Source: Eubacteriales bacterium (GTDB taxonomy: Bacteria; Bacillota; Clostridia; Oscillospirales; CAG-272). From it: 64,000 bases of DNA. The stretch spans positions 187,866 to 251,865 of the forward strand of contig JAZRRX010000039.1 of assembly GCA_045651165.1 (NCBI GenBank). Direction: 5' to 3'. Position numbers and translations under genes: made by a program. This document shows, piece after piece, positions 10,258-19,104 of this stretch. How positions within the stretch are numbered: position 1 is the first letter of the stretch; every line of letters begins with the position of its first letter. The notes under the pieces were generated by a model that did no database searches, was not told the origin of the DNA, and saw only the letters and a program-made list of their open reading frames with translations.

Positions 10258-11109
10258 ATGTATATAAATGCATGGGGAGAAAAAATTGTAATAGACAACA
10301 TTCAAACGAATAGTTTTCTCGAACCAATCATGGCAGGAATTACTTATCCTAATCCCTCATACAGAATAATGCATAATATTTCAAAGGAATTCCCCTATGA
10401 CGCCTATGTTTTTGAATATGTTGTTAAAGGCAAGGGTTATATTGAAACTCCAGAGAAAAAATACACTGTAACCGAAGGAGATTTCTACTTTTTAAACAAG
10501 CTCCGATACCATATTTATTACCCCGACTCAGATGATCCTTATGAAAAGATTTTCATTGTTTTAAAGGGGAAATTCGTTGATTTTCTTGTTTCTAACCACC
10601 TTTCAAATGATAGTGTATATATAAAAAAATGCAACATGCACAATTATATGATCCATGTCATCAATTTGCTCAGCCAAAGCGATACTATAAACTATGATAG
10701 ACTCACCGTTTGTGTCTTGGAAATTTTTCAATTAGCCTTCCCTTCTCCTTATCACACTGTCCCAAGCACTAGCAAAATACCGGAAATGATACGAAACTAT
10801 ATAGATTTGCATATTCGCGAAAAAATCACATTAGAGGATATAAGCAATAGCCTTTACATCAGCAAATCGCATATTGAACGTGCCTTCAAAAAGGAATATG
10901 GGATCACCCCTCTCGTATATTGCACTAATCAAAAGATTGCTCAGGTTGCTTCAATGCTTATAACTACTGACTATTCACTTGCTCAAATATCACAGCAGCT
11001 TGGATTTTCTGACGTAAAATATATGTCAAAAAGCTTCAAAAGAATTACTGGTCAAACCCCACTCCAATATAAGCGTGAAAGGCTTTCCAAAACAAAAATG
11101 GGGCAATAA
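10258..11109 (+). CDS. AraC-family transcriptional regulator (cupin sensor plus HTH)
   Basis: The C-terminal AraC HTH is present (LEDISNSLYISKSHIERAFKKEYGITPLVY ... GFSDVKYMSKSFKRITGQTPLQYK). It is divergent from the sugar ABC/GH43 operon. Confidence 0.9.
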   Translation: MYINAWGEKIVIDNIQTNSFLEPIMAGITYPNPSYRIMHNISKEFPYDAYVFEYVVKGKGYIETPEKKYTVTEGDFYFLNKLRYHIYYPDSDDPYEKIFIVLKGKFVDFLVSNHLSNDSVYIKKCNMHNYMIHVINLLSQSDTINYDRLTVCVLEIFQLAFPSPYHTVPSTSKIPEMIRNYIDLHIREKITLEDISNSLYISKSHIERAFKKEYGITPLVYCTNQKIAQVASMLITTDYSLAQISQQLGFSDVKYMSKSFKRITGQTPLQYKRERLSKTKMGQ

Positions 11110-11182
11110 ATTCTCATTTTTTCATCAAACAGGCAAATTTTGCCACAAAATAAAATGCAGTTTAGCAGAAAGGTATATTAAA

Positions 11183-13174
11183 ATGAAAAAGTCAACATTG
11201 ATTATTTTACTTATCCTTGCATTAACACTATTTATCACATCGTGTGAAGGACCCTCTTCCACACAGCCTTCAAGCAGTAGTACAACGCAAAATCCGCCTT
11301 CTCCCAATGAGATTGTGGATATACAGGTAAGTGGTGCTCAAACAACATTTGCTTTTCTTGAAGAATTCAACTATGAGGATTTGTTGGTTATGGCAACATT
11401 AACAAACGGTAAACAAAAAATTTTATTTGAAGAAAGTTACTCAGTTTCTTGCGAAGATTATAATTCAATGAGAGCAGGAACATACGAAGTGAAAGTAAAT
11501 ATCAACGGTACTGATATTGTAAAATCCTACAATGTACAAGTAAAACCAGCTAATAAACTCAAAGTTCTTATGATTGGAAACTCTTATGCCGATGACACCA
11601 TTAACTACGCTTACGAAATTGCAAAGAGCGTAGGTATTCCTGAAGAAAACATTCTCATTGCAGATATCTATATCGGTGGTTGTTCCCTTGCAACACACTG
11701 GTCAAATGCGCAATCAAACGCTCCTGCATATCGTTTCGGCTTGGAAAAAGAGGGCTGGTTCGACAGTTCTAATACCAAATGGACTATGGAACAAGCAATT
11801 ATGTATGCTGATTGGGATTTCATCACATTACAACAAAACAGCGGTAACAGTGGTGGTCCTTCATCATATTCCTGCTTGCAGGATTTAATGAACTATGTTT
11901 ATGATGTCGCTACTGACGAGATTAACAATCCGAATGCAAATCCCGATGTAAAATTAGTATGGCATCAGACCTGGGCATATCAGCAAGGAACAACGGCAGA
12001 CGCGTTTAAAAAACACAATTATGATCAAATGACGATGTACAATGACATTATGTCATGCCTTAAAAACTTCGTTTTAAATAAGGATTTCCTTACTATCATT
12101 CCCAATGGCACAGCTATCCAAAATGCCAGAACATCTTCTATTGGTGATACATTCAGTCGCGACGAACATAATCACTTGAGCTATGGCGCAGGCAGATATA
12201 TCGCATCTATGAACCTTGTAAGCGTTCTTACAGGTATTGATATGTCAGATTTGACTTGGAAGCCCACAGATAGTGGATTTAATTATCCATTGACTGAAAC
12301 TGAAATTGCAATTTGTAAGGAAAGCGTTGCAAACGCAATTGCCAATCCCTTGGAAATAACAAAATCAAAATATCCTCCCACCCCCATAAACCTTTCAGAT
12401 ATGTTTGAAGGCGAAGGAACCGAAGTAAATCCATATCTCATTCAAAGTGTAGAGGATATGTGGAAGCTTTCAAATTACACCAAAGGAAAAAGCTTTACAG
12501 ATACAAATACATATTTCAAATTGACAGCTGATATTGATCTTAGCGCAGATAATTGGGTTCCCATTTGCGCCTCCGCAGAAAGCGGTTGGGTGGCAACACC
12601 AAATTCCTTCAATGGAAACTTTGACGGAAACGGAAAAACCATTACGTTCAAAGGCAACTACACAGGTGACACTTGGGCAAAGGGCTTGTTCTCTGCTGTT
12701 GGCGGATATGTTCACGATCTCACCCTTAAAGGCGAAATCAATATTGAAAAGGGTCGAGTAGGCTCACTTGCAAGCATGGCAATGGCAGGTGCAAAAATTG
12801 AAAATATCACCTCTTACGTAAATATTACAGCAGGAAATAACCAGATTGGCGGTATTATAGGATATGTTAATACAGATAACGTAACCTTAACCAACTGTGT
12901 AAACTACGGCACAGTAACCGGAAGACAGCTTGTCGGAGGTATTGTTGGCGGTGGATTTAAAAATACTGCTTACATAAATTGCAAAAACCACGGTGCTGTA
13001 ACCGCTACAAACATAGAGGTTGGAGGTATTGTTGGTGAAAAATATGCTTCTGCGACTCTCACTAACTGTAAAAACACCGGCGTTATAAAAGCAGGCAGCA
13101 CTACAGCAACAAGCGATATAGGCACTGAAGGCGCTTATGCAGGCAATCTCGTTGGTCACCAATATAATAAATAA
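11183..13174 (+). CDS. Surface lipoprotein: Ig-like domain, DUF4886-like (SGNH-fold-like) domain and GLUG-motif repeats
   Basis: The likely start is ATG 11183 (MKKSTLIILLILALTLFITSC lipobox), not the ORF-track start at 11075. A DUF4886-like block is present (KVLMIGNSYADDTINYAYEIAKSVGIPEENILIADIYIGGCSLATHW). The C terminus repeats GG(I/V)(I/V)G motifs. Confidence 0.7.
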   Translation: MKKSTLIILLILALTLFITSCEGPSSTQPSSSSTTQNPPSPNEIVDIQVSGAQTTFAFLEEFNYEDLLVMATLTNGKQKILFEESYSVSCEDYNSMRAGTYEVKVNINGTDIVKSYNVQVKPANKLKVLMIGNSYADDTINYAYEIAKSVGIPEENILIADIYIGGCSLATHWSNAQSNAPAYRFGLEKEGWFDSSNTKWTMEQAIMYADWDFITLQQNSGNSGGPSSYSCLQDLMNYVYDVATDEINNPNANPDVKLVWHQTWAYQQGTTADAFKKHNYDQMTMYNDIMSCLKNFVLNKDFLTIIPNGTAIQNARTSSIGDTFSRDEHNHLSYGAGRYIASMNLVSVLTGIDMSDLTWKPTDSGFNYPLTETEIAICKESVANAIANPLEITKSKYPPTPINLSDMFEGEGTEVNPYLIQSVEDMWKLSNYTKGKSFTDTNTYFKLTADIDLSADNWVPICASAESGWVATPNSFNGNFDGNGKTITFKGNYTGDTWAKGLFSAVGGYVHDLTLKGEINIEKGRVGSLASMAMAGAKIENITSYVNITAGNNQIGGIIGYVNTDNVTLTNCVNYGTVTGRQLVGGIVGGGFKNTAYINCKNHGAVTATNIEVGGIVGEKYASATLTNCKNTGVIKAGSTTATSDIGTEGAYAGNLVGHQYNK

Positions 13175-13234
13175 AAGTTAAAAAATATTCATAGCCACAG
13201 TACAAAGCAATTCAATTTAATATTAAACACAAAA

Positions 13235-13268
13235 GGTGAGTATCTGCATTAAGCAGTACTCACCTTTT
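13235..13268 (+). terminator. Rho-independent terminator of the 11183-13174 gene
   Basis: Stem GGTGAGTA..CTGC / GCAG..TACTCACC followed by TTTT. Confidence 0.75.
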
Positions 13269-13560
13269 ATAATTAGATTAAAACACCCTCACAATAAATA
13301 CTATTAATCATATAGTTTATATATTTCAAATCAGATGAATGCCAATTCATTATATTTTTCCACTTTATTTTGCACTTTATTTTTATAATTTAAAATAATA
13401 TTCCCCTGTTACGCAATTTAATCATATCCGCTACGCAGTTTGTTACGCAACAAGGCTTTTGAGTTATTTTATGATGCTAAAACGCTATTTATTTCACACA
13501 GAATATAGCTCAAACAATGACTTTAACTCGCTGTGTGTAATGACCGAAAGTTTAAAAATT

Positions 13561-13611
13561 GACCAGTTGGGGTGGTAGAGGCCGCAGGTTCAAGTCCTGT
13601 CACTTAGACCA
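13561..13611 (+). other. Orphan tRNA-like 3' end (T-arm, acceptor 3' strand, discriminator and CCA) with no complete cloverleaf
   Basis: GCAGG-TTCAAGT-CCTGT forms a T-arm with the GTTCAAGTCC signature. It is followed by CACTTAG-A-CCA. I could not fold the upstream 70 nt into D and anticodon arms. Confidence 0.4.
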
Positions 13612-13618
13612 GAAAAAA

Positions 13619-13655
13619 ACCTTGAAAACATTGAGTTTTCAAGGTTTTTTCTTTT
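13619..13655 (+). terminator. Rho-independent terminator directly after the tRNA-like 3' end
   Basis: Stem ACCTTGAAAAC / GTTTTCAAGGT followed by TTTTTTCTTTT. Confidence 0.75.
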
Positions 13656-13795
13656 GCCTCTTACGCAGTTTTTACGTGGGGTGTTACACAATTTGTTACG
13701 CAGATTTGTGTAACGCCCTATTTATTTCACATTATGCAAACCTTATTAATAAAACTCTGTTAATTTCACACAAAATATGGGTCAAATATTCTAAA

Positions 13796-13826
13796 ATAAA
13801 AAAGCGAGTTTTCACTCGCTTTTTTA
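13796..13826 (-). terminator. Terminator of the M20 peptidase/GPH transporter operon (bidirectional hairpin)
   Basis: Stem AGCGAGT / ACTCGCT flanked by an A-run and a T-run, 27 nt downstream of the stop at 13853. Confidence 0.7.
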
Positions 13827-13852
13827 TTTCTCTTTGATAATAGTGAATATCA

Positions 13853-15229
13853 TTACACCTTCACAATGAATTTCTTATAAAAAACAACGCATTCGCCAAT
13901 ATTTTTAACGGCAATATGCTCATTTGCATTGTGTATTGTTGCAAACTGCGCTTTATTTAAGTCAATCGGAGCAAAGCGTAAAATATTATCGGCAACGTCT
14001 GTAAGACGTCTTGCATCAGTTCCTGCGGTAAGCAAAAACGGAACTACGGCAACGTCTGGGAAGGTTTCATGAAGAAGCTCTTCAACCTTTTTGAACGCTT
14101 CACCATTGAAATCGGTCGGCTGACAGTAGTCACGCTCAAGCTCCTCTATCTCCACACCGTATTTTGAACCAATTTTCTTTATTTTTTCAAGTCCTTGATA
14201 CAAATCGTCTTCTCTTACGCACCTTAAAAACATTATTGTTTCGGCATTCTTTGCTCTAAATGTAGGCTCATCCGTATCTCCAGCAAAGACACTTTGAAAG
14301 CTTATGCTAGTTGCAAGCATAGCGCTTGCGGCAGGAATTCCCATCATAATTTTTTTAATAACGGGAGCAAAAATTCCTATATTTCCAAATAACACATTCA
14401 TTGGAAAGGACATATACGCCACATGTCTTTCAAAGGTTGCCCTAACTTCGGGATAAAATTTGCCTTTAAAAATGTTCGCATTGCTCACCTCGGTAATAAA
14501 TCTACTTATATTGAGAGCTGCGCTATCCGCCGCCTTACCAAATCCTCCGTGGCCAAGTTGCTCGGAATTAACCTTGCACTTAAAATAGTGTCGGCTTTTC
14601 TCGTGAACGGCAACGACTGCGCTCTTGCATTTTACTCCTGGAATTTGTCCCTGTGTAATTGCACCACCCTCATCAAGAACCACATCAAATCGTATTCCGT
14701 TTTCCTTAAAATATTCGGTTGCAAGGACCATACCGTCACCGCCAACCTCCTCGTTGTCGGACGAACCGATATAGAGATTTATACCTTCAAAGTCATATCC
14801 CTCTTTCAAAAGCTCCTCACACGCCTGAAGCTCTGCAAAAAGAGGAGTTTTAGTATCAATAGTACCTCTTCCGTATAAATAACCATCCTTTTCAGTTGAC
14901 TTGAAGGGTTCAGTAATCCAACCTTCTCCTCCATCAACCACATCATGGTGTGACATAAGCATTACGTTTTTCTTGGCATTTTTACCCTCGATAACGTAAA
15001 CAAAGCAACCACTTCCAAAAGAGAGGCGTTTTGCTTTAGCGGAAATATTAGGAAAAAGCTCCTCTATTTTTGCATAAAGTCTATCGAATTCACTCTTGTT
15101 TTTACCATCACGGGTCCAAACAGTTTTACAATCAATAAGCTCAGATAGTTTTTTTACGTATTCTTTATTTTTCTCAACAGGTACAGAACAACGCTCACTT
15201 TCATCTTTAAGCTTGTAATAAGCCATCAC
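13853..15229 (-). CDS. M20/M25/M40-family metallopeptidase (dipeptidase/deacylase type)
   Basis: Metal-site blocks MSHHDVVDGG, GRGTIDTK and SDNEEVGG are present. It overlaps the upstream transporter gene by 4 nt. Confidence 0.8.
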   Translation of the reverse strand: MMAYYKLKDESERCSVPVEKNKEYVKKLSELIDCKTVWTRDGKNKSEFDRLYAKIEELFPNISAKAKRLSFGSGCFVYVIEGKNAKKNVMLMSHHDVVDGGEGWITEPFKSTEKDGYLYGRGTIDTKTPLFAELQACEELLKEGYDFEGINLYIGSSDNEEVGGDGMVLATEYFKENGIRFDVVLDEGGAITQGQIPGVKCKSAVVAVHEKSRHYFKCKVNSEQLGHGGFGKAADSAALNISRFITEVSNANIFKGKFYPEVRATFERHVAYMSFPMNVLFGNIGIFAPVIKKIMMGIPAASAMLATSISFQSVFAGDTDEPTFRAKNAETIMFLRCVREDDLYQGLEKIKKIGSKYGVEIEELERDYCQPTDFNGEAFKKVEELLHETFPDVAVVPFLLTAGTDARRLTDVADNILRFAPIDLNKAQFATIHNANEHIAVKNIGECVVFYKKFIVKV

Positions 15230-16623
15230 TCTTTCCCATCCTTTCTATGCTCATCAATAAATCGAGTTACCGATTTTTCATTGTAGAACATAAAGAATAT
15301 CAATGATACAAGGCTGAAAAGTCCTGCAAATACACCCGTAAGCTTTACTCCAAGCATACCAACGGATTCTCCTGCGGGTGCTCCTACTGCCAACACACTT
15401 GAAACTACAACCATAGCAAGTGAGTATGCAATCTTCTCAATAAACGTTTTACTTGCTGAGAAAATTCCCTCTCTATTTACGCCGTTTTCAATACTATCCT
15501 TTTGAATAATATCGGACATAACGGATTGAGGAAGAATGTTGATAGCTGCAAATGGGAAAGCTACCACAATACCCATAAAGAGTCCAAGATACAACTCGTT
15601 TCCAGGAACAAGAGATGCAAGCTTATCTCCAAAGAAGATAAATGCAAATACTATCGTAAATATAATGCTAGCAATAACGAGCATTGTCTTTTTGCCGTAT
15701 TTTTTACTAAATTTTACTATCATCGGGAACATACAAAGCGCAACGCCGATTGCAGAAAGCATCACGAGGAACGACTGTGACTCAGGAACGTTCAGGAGCA
15801 TTGTTATATAATAAAGCATTGCGGTTTGGAAAAATGCCATTGAAATGTAGCTGAAAAGGTCACCTGCAAAGAAAGTAAGAAATGTTTTATTCTTAAATAT
15901 TGCAATAGCTGATTTTATAACAGATTGCTTGGGTTTTACGTTTTCATCCACATAATCCTTCTCCTTGAATGCAGTAGCGCCGAGCATTACACAAACAAGA
16001 CCGATTGCTGCAAAAATGGTGAAAACTATTCTCCACGCCGCAAGCACGCTAACGTTGAAGCCGTTTTTAATAAGGTTTACGAAAAGGGTTGCCGCATACA
16101 TAAAGGAGCTTGAGCCCATAAAGAACGCTGTGCTTATTCCATAGTATCCAACTCTGTCCTTGGCATCTGGAATAACCTCCGGAACAAGTGCGTTACGAGG
16201 AATAAAGAAGAAAGTGTATGCCGTATAATAAACGATAAGGAAAAATCCCACCCATATCGCGTTGGCAATAGAGCCCTGCTTAAATGGTACCATAAATATC
16301 ATAAGCACGGAAACTGCATATGGAATTGCCGCATATTTCATAAACGGCATTCTTCTTCCGTCCTTGTGTGTGCATCTATCAGAAAGACTTGCAACAAGTG
16401 GGTCAGTAACGGCATCAATAACCTTGCCAATTCCCGTAAGCAATGCCATGATGGTTATAAAACCAAGAAATTTGTTTTGTGGTAAAAGATTGGGCAATCC
16501 ACTTTTTACAGTGGGTTGAAAGAAATACAAAAGATAGTTACCTATCATACCATTAAAAAGTCCCTTGGCAATATCCGAAAGACAATATCTTATCATTTGA
16601 GATTTTGAAAGTGTTTTTCTCAT
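15226..16623 (-). CDS. GPH-family (MelB-like glycoside-pentoside-hexuronide) MFS cation symporter
   Basis: Twelve-TM protein with the GPH-type motif KVIDAVTDPLVASLSDR. Confidence 0.8.
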   Translation of the reverse strand: MRKTLSKSQMIRYCLSDIAKGLFNGMIGNYLLYFFQPTVKSGLPNLLPQNKFLGFITIMALLTGIGKVIDAVTDPLVASLSDRCTHKDGRRMPFMKYAAIPYAVSVLMIFMVPFKQGSIANAIWVGFFLIVYYTAYTFFFIPRNALVPEVIPDAKDRVGYYGISTAFFMGSSSFMYAATLFVNLIKNGFNVSVLAAWRIVFTIFAAIGLVCVMLGATAFKEKDYVDENVKPKQSVIKSAIAIFKNKTFLTFFAGDLFSYISMAFFQTAMLYYITMLLNVPESQSFLVMLSAIGVALCMFPMIVKFSKKYGKKTMLVIASIIFTIVFAFIFFGDKLASLVPGNELYLGLFMGIVVAFPFAAINILPQSVMSDIIQKDSIENGVNREGIFSASKTFIEKIAYSLAMVVVSSVLAVGAPAGESVGMLGVKLTGVFAGLFSLVSLIFFMFYNEKSVTRFIDEHRKDGKE

Positions 16624-16649
16624 ATAGTGTCTCCTTAAGTGTCAATATT

Positions 16650-17048
16650 TTAAAACTCTACGATTTCGGGTTCTTTACCGAACGCGTAGAAAGTAGCTAT
16701 TGCATTCTGCATATAGAATACCTGCGTATTGCCGTCTTTCTCGTCGTACATACTGCGAAGATTGGGATAGGCATCAAGCATAGATTTCTTAGCTTCAATG
16801 CGGTCGTCCTCGATAAGCTCACCAGCAAGACGAAGCCACGCTCCGTTCCTATAAGCGCAAATCTCTGCCTTGGGATTTGAAAGAAGCTGTTTTGAGGTGG
16901 GCTTAACTTTGCCCGTCTGTATGTAGAGCTTTCCCTCAAACTCATTTACAGTACCGAATGGACGTACTCTTGGCTGATCACCATCCACGGTAGCAAGATA
17001 ATAAATTTCTGCTTTTTTCAGAAAATCAACTACTCTTTTCATCATCAT
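16650..17048 (-). CDS. Pyridoxamine 5'-phosphate oxidase-fold (flavin-binding split-barrel) family protein
   Basis: 132 aa with YYLATVDGDQPRVRPFG ... GKLYIQTGKVKPTSKQL, typical of the small PNPOx-like family. Confidence 0.7.
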   Translation of the reverse strand: MMMKRVVDFLKKAEIYYLATVDGDQPRVRPFGTVNEFEGKLYIQTGKVKPTSKQLLSNPKAEICAYRNGAWLRLAGELIEDDRIEAKKSMLDAYPNLRSMYDEKDGNTQVFYMQNAIATFYAFGKEPEIVEF

Positions 17049-17228
17049 TCTCCTTTAGTTATCAATAATTTTATATATTTCAAGTTTACCACTTTAATCA
17101 ATAAAAATCAAGCGATTTTCACAAATAAATAACAAAAAGTATTGATTGGATTTAAGATAAAAACAATTTAAAAGAGCTTGACCACAAGTGGTCAAGCTCT
17201 TCATTATTTGATTATATTGAATTATAAA

Positions 17229-18356
17229 TTAGTCACCAAAGGAGATACCTGTATTACGAGCAGTTTTAACTACAAAGCCATTGGGGTCAACGTTGTGGCT
17301 ACCACCCTTACTTGTTTCACCTGTAGCACCACTTCCAAGTACCTTTTCAAGAGAAACTGTCTGGGGAGTTGCGTTGTAGATAGTTACCATTTCACCGCTC
17401 TTGCCTTCAAAAAGAGAATCAACTGCAAGTGAACCAAGCTTTGTACAAAGGCTTCTATCATACTGACAAGTTTCACCGCCACGCTGTGTGTGACCGATAT
17501 TGGTTGCACGAACTTCCTTGCCACCAAGCAATTCTTCAAGCTGAGATGCAAGCTGATCACCAACACCACCAAGACGAATTGTATCAGCACTATCAGCAAC
17601 AATCTTTTTAATAACAACATCGCCGTCCTTGGGCTTAGCACCTTCAGAAACAACGATTACTGTATCGTAAAGTCCCTTTGCATCACGTTCTTTGATTACA
17701 TTAGCAATCTTATTGATATCATAAGGAATTTCGGGCAAAAGAATGATATCTGCACCACCGGAGAGACCTCCCTCAAGTGCAAGCCAACCACAGTTTCTAC
17801 CCATAACCTCAAGAATTTGAACTCTATCATGAGAAAAAGCAGTAGTTCTTACTCTGTCAACTGCTTCGCAAATTACTCCAAGAGCAGTTGTAAATCCAAA
17901 TGTAATATCTGCAAAGGAAACGTCGTTATCAATTGTTTTAGGAACGCCGATTACTCTAACTCCCTTTCTCGCAAAGTCACGTGCGCTTGTAAGAGTACCG
18001 TCACCACCAATTACTACAAGGGCATCAATGTGAAGATCCTTGAGGTTTTGAATAGCTACATCACTTACGTCCTTGTGCTGAATGTTACCATCCTCATCAC
18101 GATAAGCATAGTTGAAAAGGTTATCCTTATTTGAATTTTTAAGAATTGTTCCACCTTGATTCAATATGTGTTCTGTATTTTCAGCTGTGAGTTGCATATA
18201 ATTGTTAAAATATAGTCCGGCATATCCTTTTTTGAAGCCAATAACCTCACAACCGTATTTATTAATTGCAGTAAGAGTTACTGCTCTTACAACTGCATTA
18301 AGACCTGAGCAATCACCGCCACCGGTCAAAACGCCAATTCTTTTAATTTCAGACAT
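17229..18356 (-). CDS. pfkA: 6-phosphofructokinase
   Basis: Blocks RIGVLTGGGDCSGLNA, VIGGDGT, PKTIDNDV and MGRNCGWLAL are present. RBS GGAGAA precedes the start. A terminator hairpin lies at 17173-17200. Confidence 0.9.
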   Translation of the reverse strand: MSEIKRIGVLTGGGDCSGLNAVVRAVTLTAINKYGCEVIGFKKGYAGLYFNNYMQLTAENTEHILNQGGTILKNSNKDNLFNYAYRDEDGNIQHKDVSDVAIQNLKDLHIDALVVIGGDGTLTSARDFARKGVRVIGVPKTIDNDVSFADITFGFTTALGVICEAVDRVRTTAFSHDRVQILEVMGRNCGWLALEGGLSGGADIILLPEIPYDINKIANVIKERDAKGLYDTVIVVSEGAKPKDGDVVIKKIVADSADTIRLGGVGDQLASQLEELLGGKEVRATNIGHTQRGGETCQYDRSLCTKLGSLAVDSLFEGKSGEMVTIYNATPQTVSLEKVLGSGATGETSKGGSHNVDPNGFVVKTARNTGISFGD

Positions 18357-18542
18357 TTTGTTTTCTCCAATCTGCTATAATTTATGTAGTTTTTATTTGC
18401 ATTTTTATCATAACCGATTCATTATATCACAAAACTTTACATTTTTCAATATATTTTTTGAATTTATATGGCAAAATTATTTCACTGTATATTTATGTGG
18501 TTTTTTGAATACAATTAATTAAATAATTATTCGAGGTGCAAT

Positions 18543-19067
18543 ATGAAAAGATCAATAGGACTGTGGCAAATATGGGGCTTTGCGATAACATCACTTATGG
18601 GTACAATTTTACACTTTTTATATGATTGGTTAGGAGAGGCAATATGGATTGCACCTTTTTCGGGTGTAAATGAATCTACTTGGGAACATATGAAACTTCT
18701 ATTTTGGCCTATGTTTATCTATGCCATCATAGAGAGCTTCTTCTTTAAAAATCGGGAGGATTTTTGGTGCGTAAAACTACGTGGAATCCTTCTTGGTCTA
18801 ACCTTGATTCCTATAATATTCTATACTTATAATGGTGTTGTAGGAAAGTCTCCAGATTGGATAAACATCGCAATTTTCTTTATTTCTGCTGCATTTTCAT
18901 ATATTTATGAAACACGATTGTTTAACTCTGACAAGTTGCGTTGTCGTTCTTCCAAATTGGCTTTGACGGTACTTTGTATTGTTGCTATACTATTTATTGT
19001 ATTTACTTTTGCAACACCCCAAATTGAAATTTTCAAAGACCCTTTAAGTAACAGCTATGGCATATAA
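18543..19067 (+). CDS. Small polytopic membrane protein of unknown function
   Basis: RBS GAGGTG precedes the start. There are 5-6 hydrophobic segments. The hairpin AAGCCAACGA/TCGTTGGCTT at 19071-19100 follows the gene. Confidence 0.7.
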   Translation: MKRSIGLWQIWGFAITSLMGTILHFLYDWLGEAIWIAPFSGVNESTWEHMKLLFWPMFIYAIIESFFFKNREDFWCVKLRGILLGLTLIPIIFYTYNGVVGKSPDWINIAIFFISAAFSYIYETRLFNSDKLRCRSSKLALTVLCIVAILFIVFTFATPQIEIFKDPLSNSYGI

Positions 19068-19104
19068 AACAAGCCAACGATTTTAAAAAATCGTTGGCTT
19101 ATCT

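Noticed and set aside
11075-11182. An N-terminal extension of the 699-aa ORF that overlaps the end of the AraC gene.
   Set aside because: The extension has no RBS and reads through the AraC stop region. The signal peptide and lipobox begin at the ATG at 11183.
13531-13611. A complete 81-nt tRNA using CTGTGTG as the 5' acceptor strand.
   Set aside because: The acceptor pairing needs a mismatch and a wobble. The intervening 44 nt give no D-arm (no GG loop) and no anticodon stem. It is kept only as a tRNA-like 3' fragment.
13559-13837. A 92-aa ORF covering the tRNA-like fragment and its terminator.
   Set aside because: It spans two hairpin terminators and the repeat region, has no RBS, and its translation is low-complexity.
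16697-16945. An 82-aa ORF overlapping the PNPOx-like gene in another frame.
   Set aside because: It lies on the same strand in a different frame inside a gene with clear family similarity, and it has no RBS.
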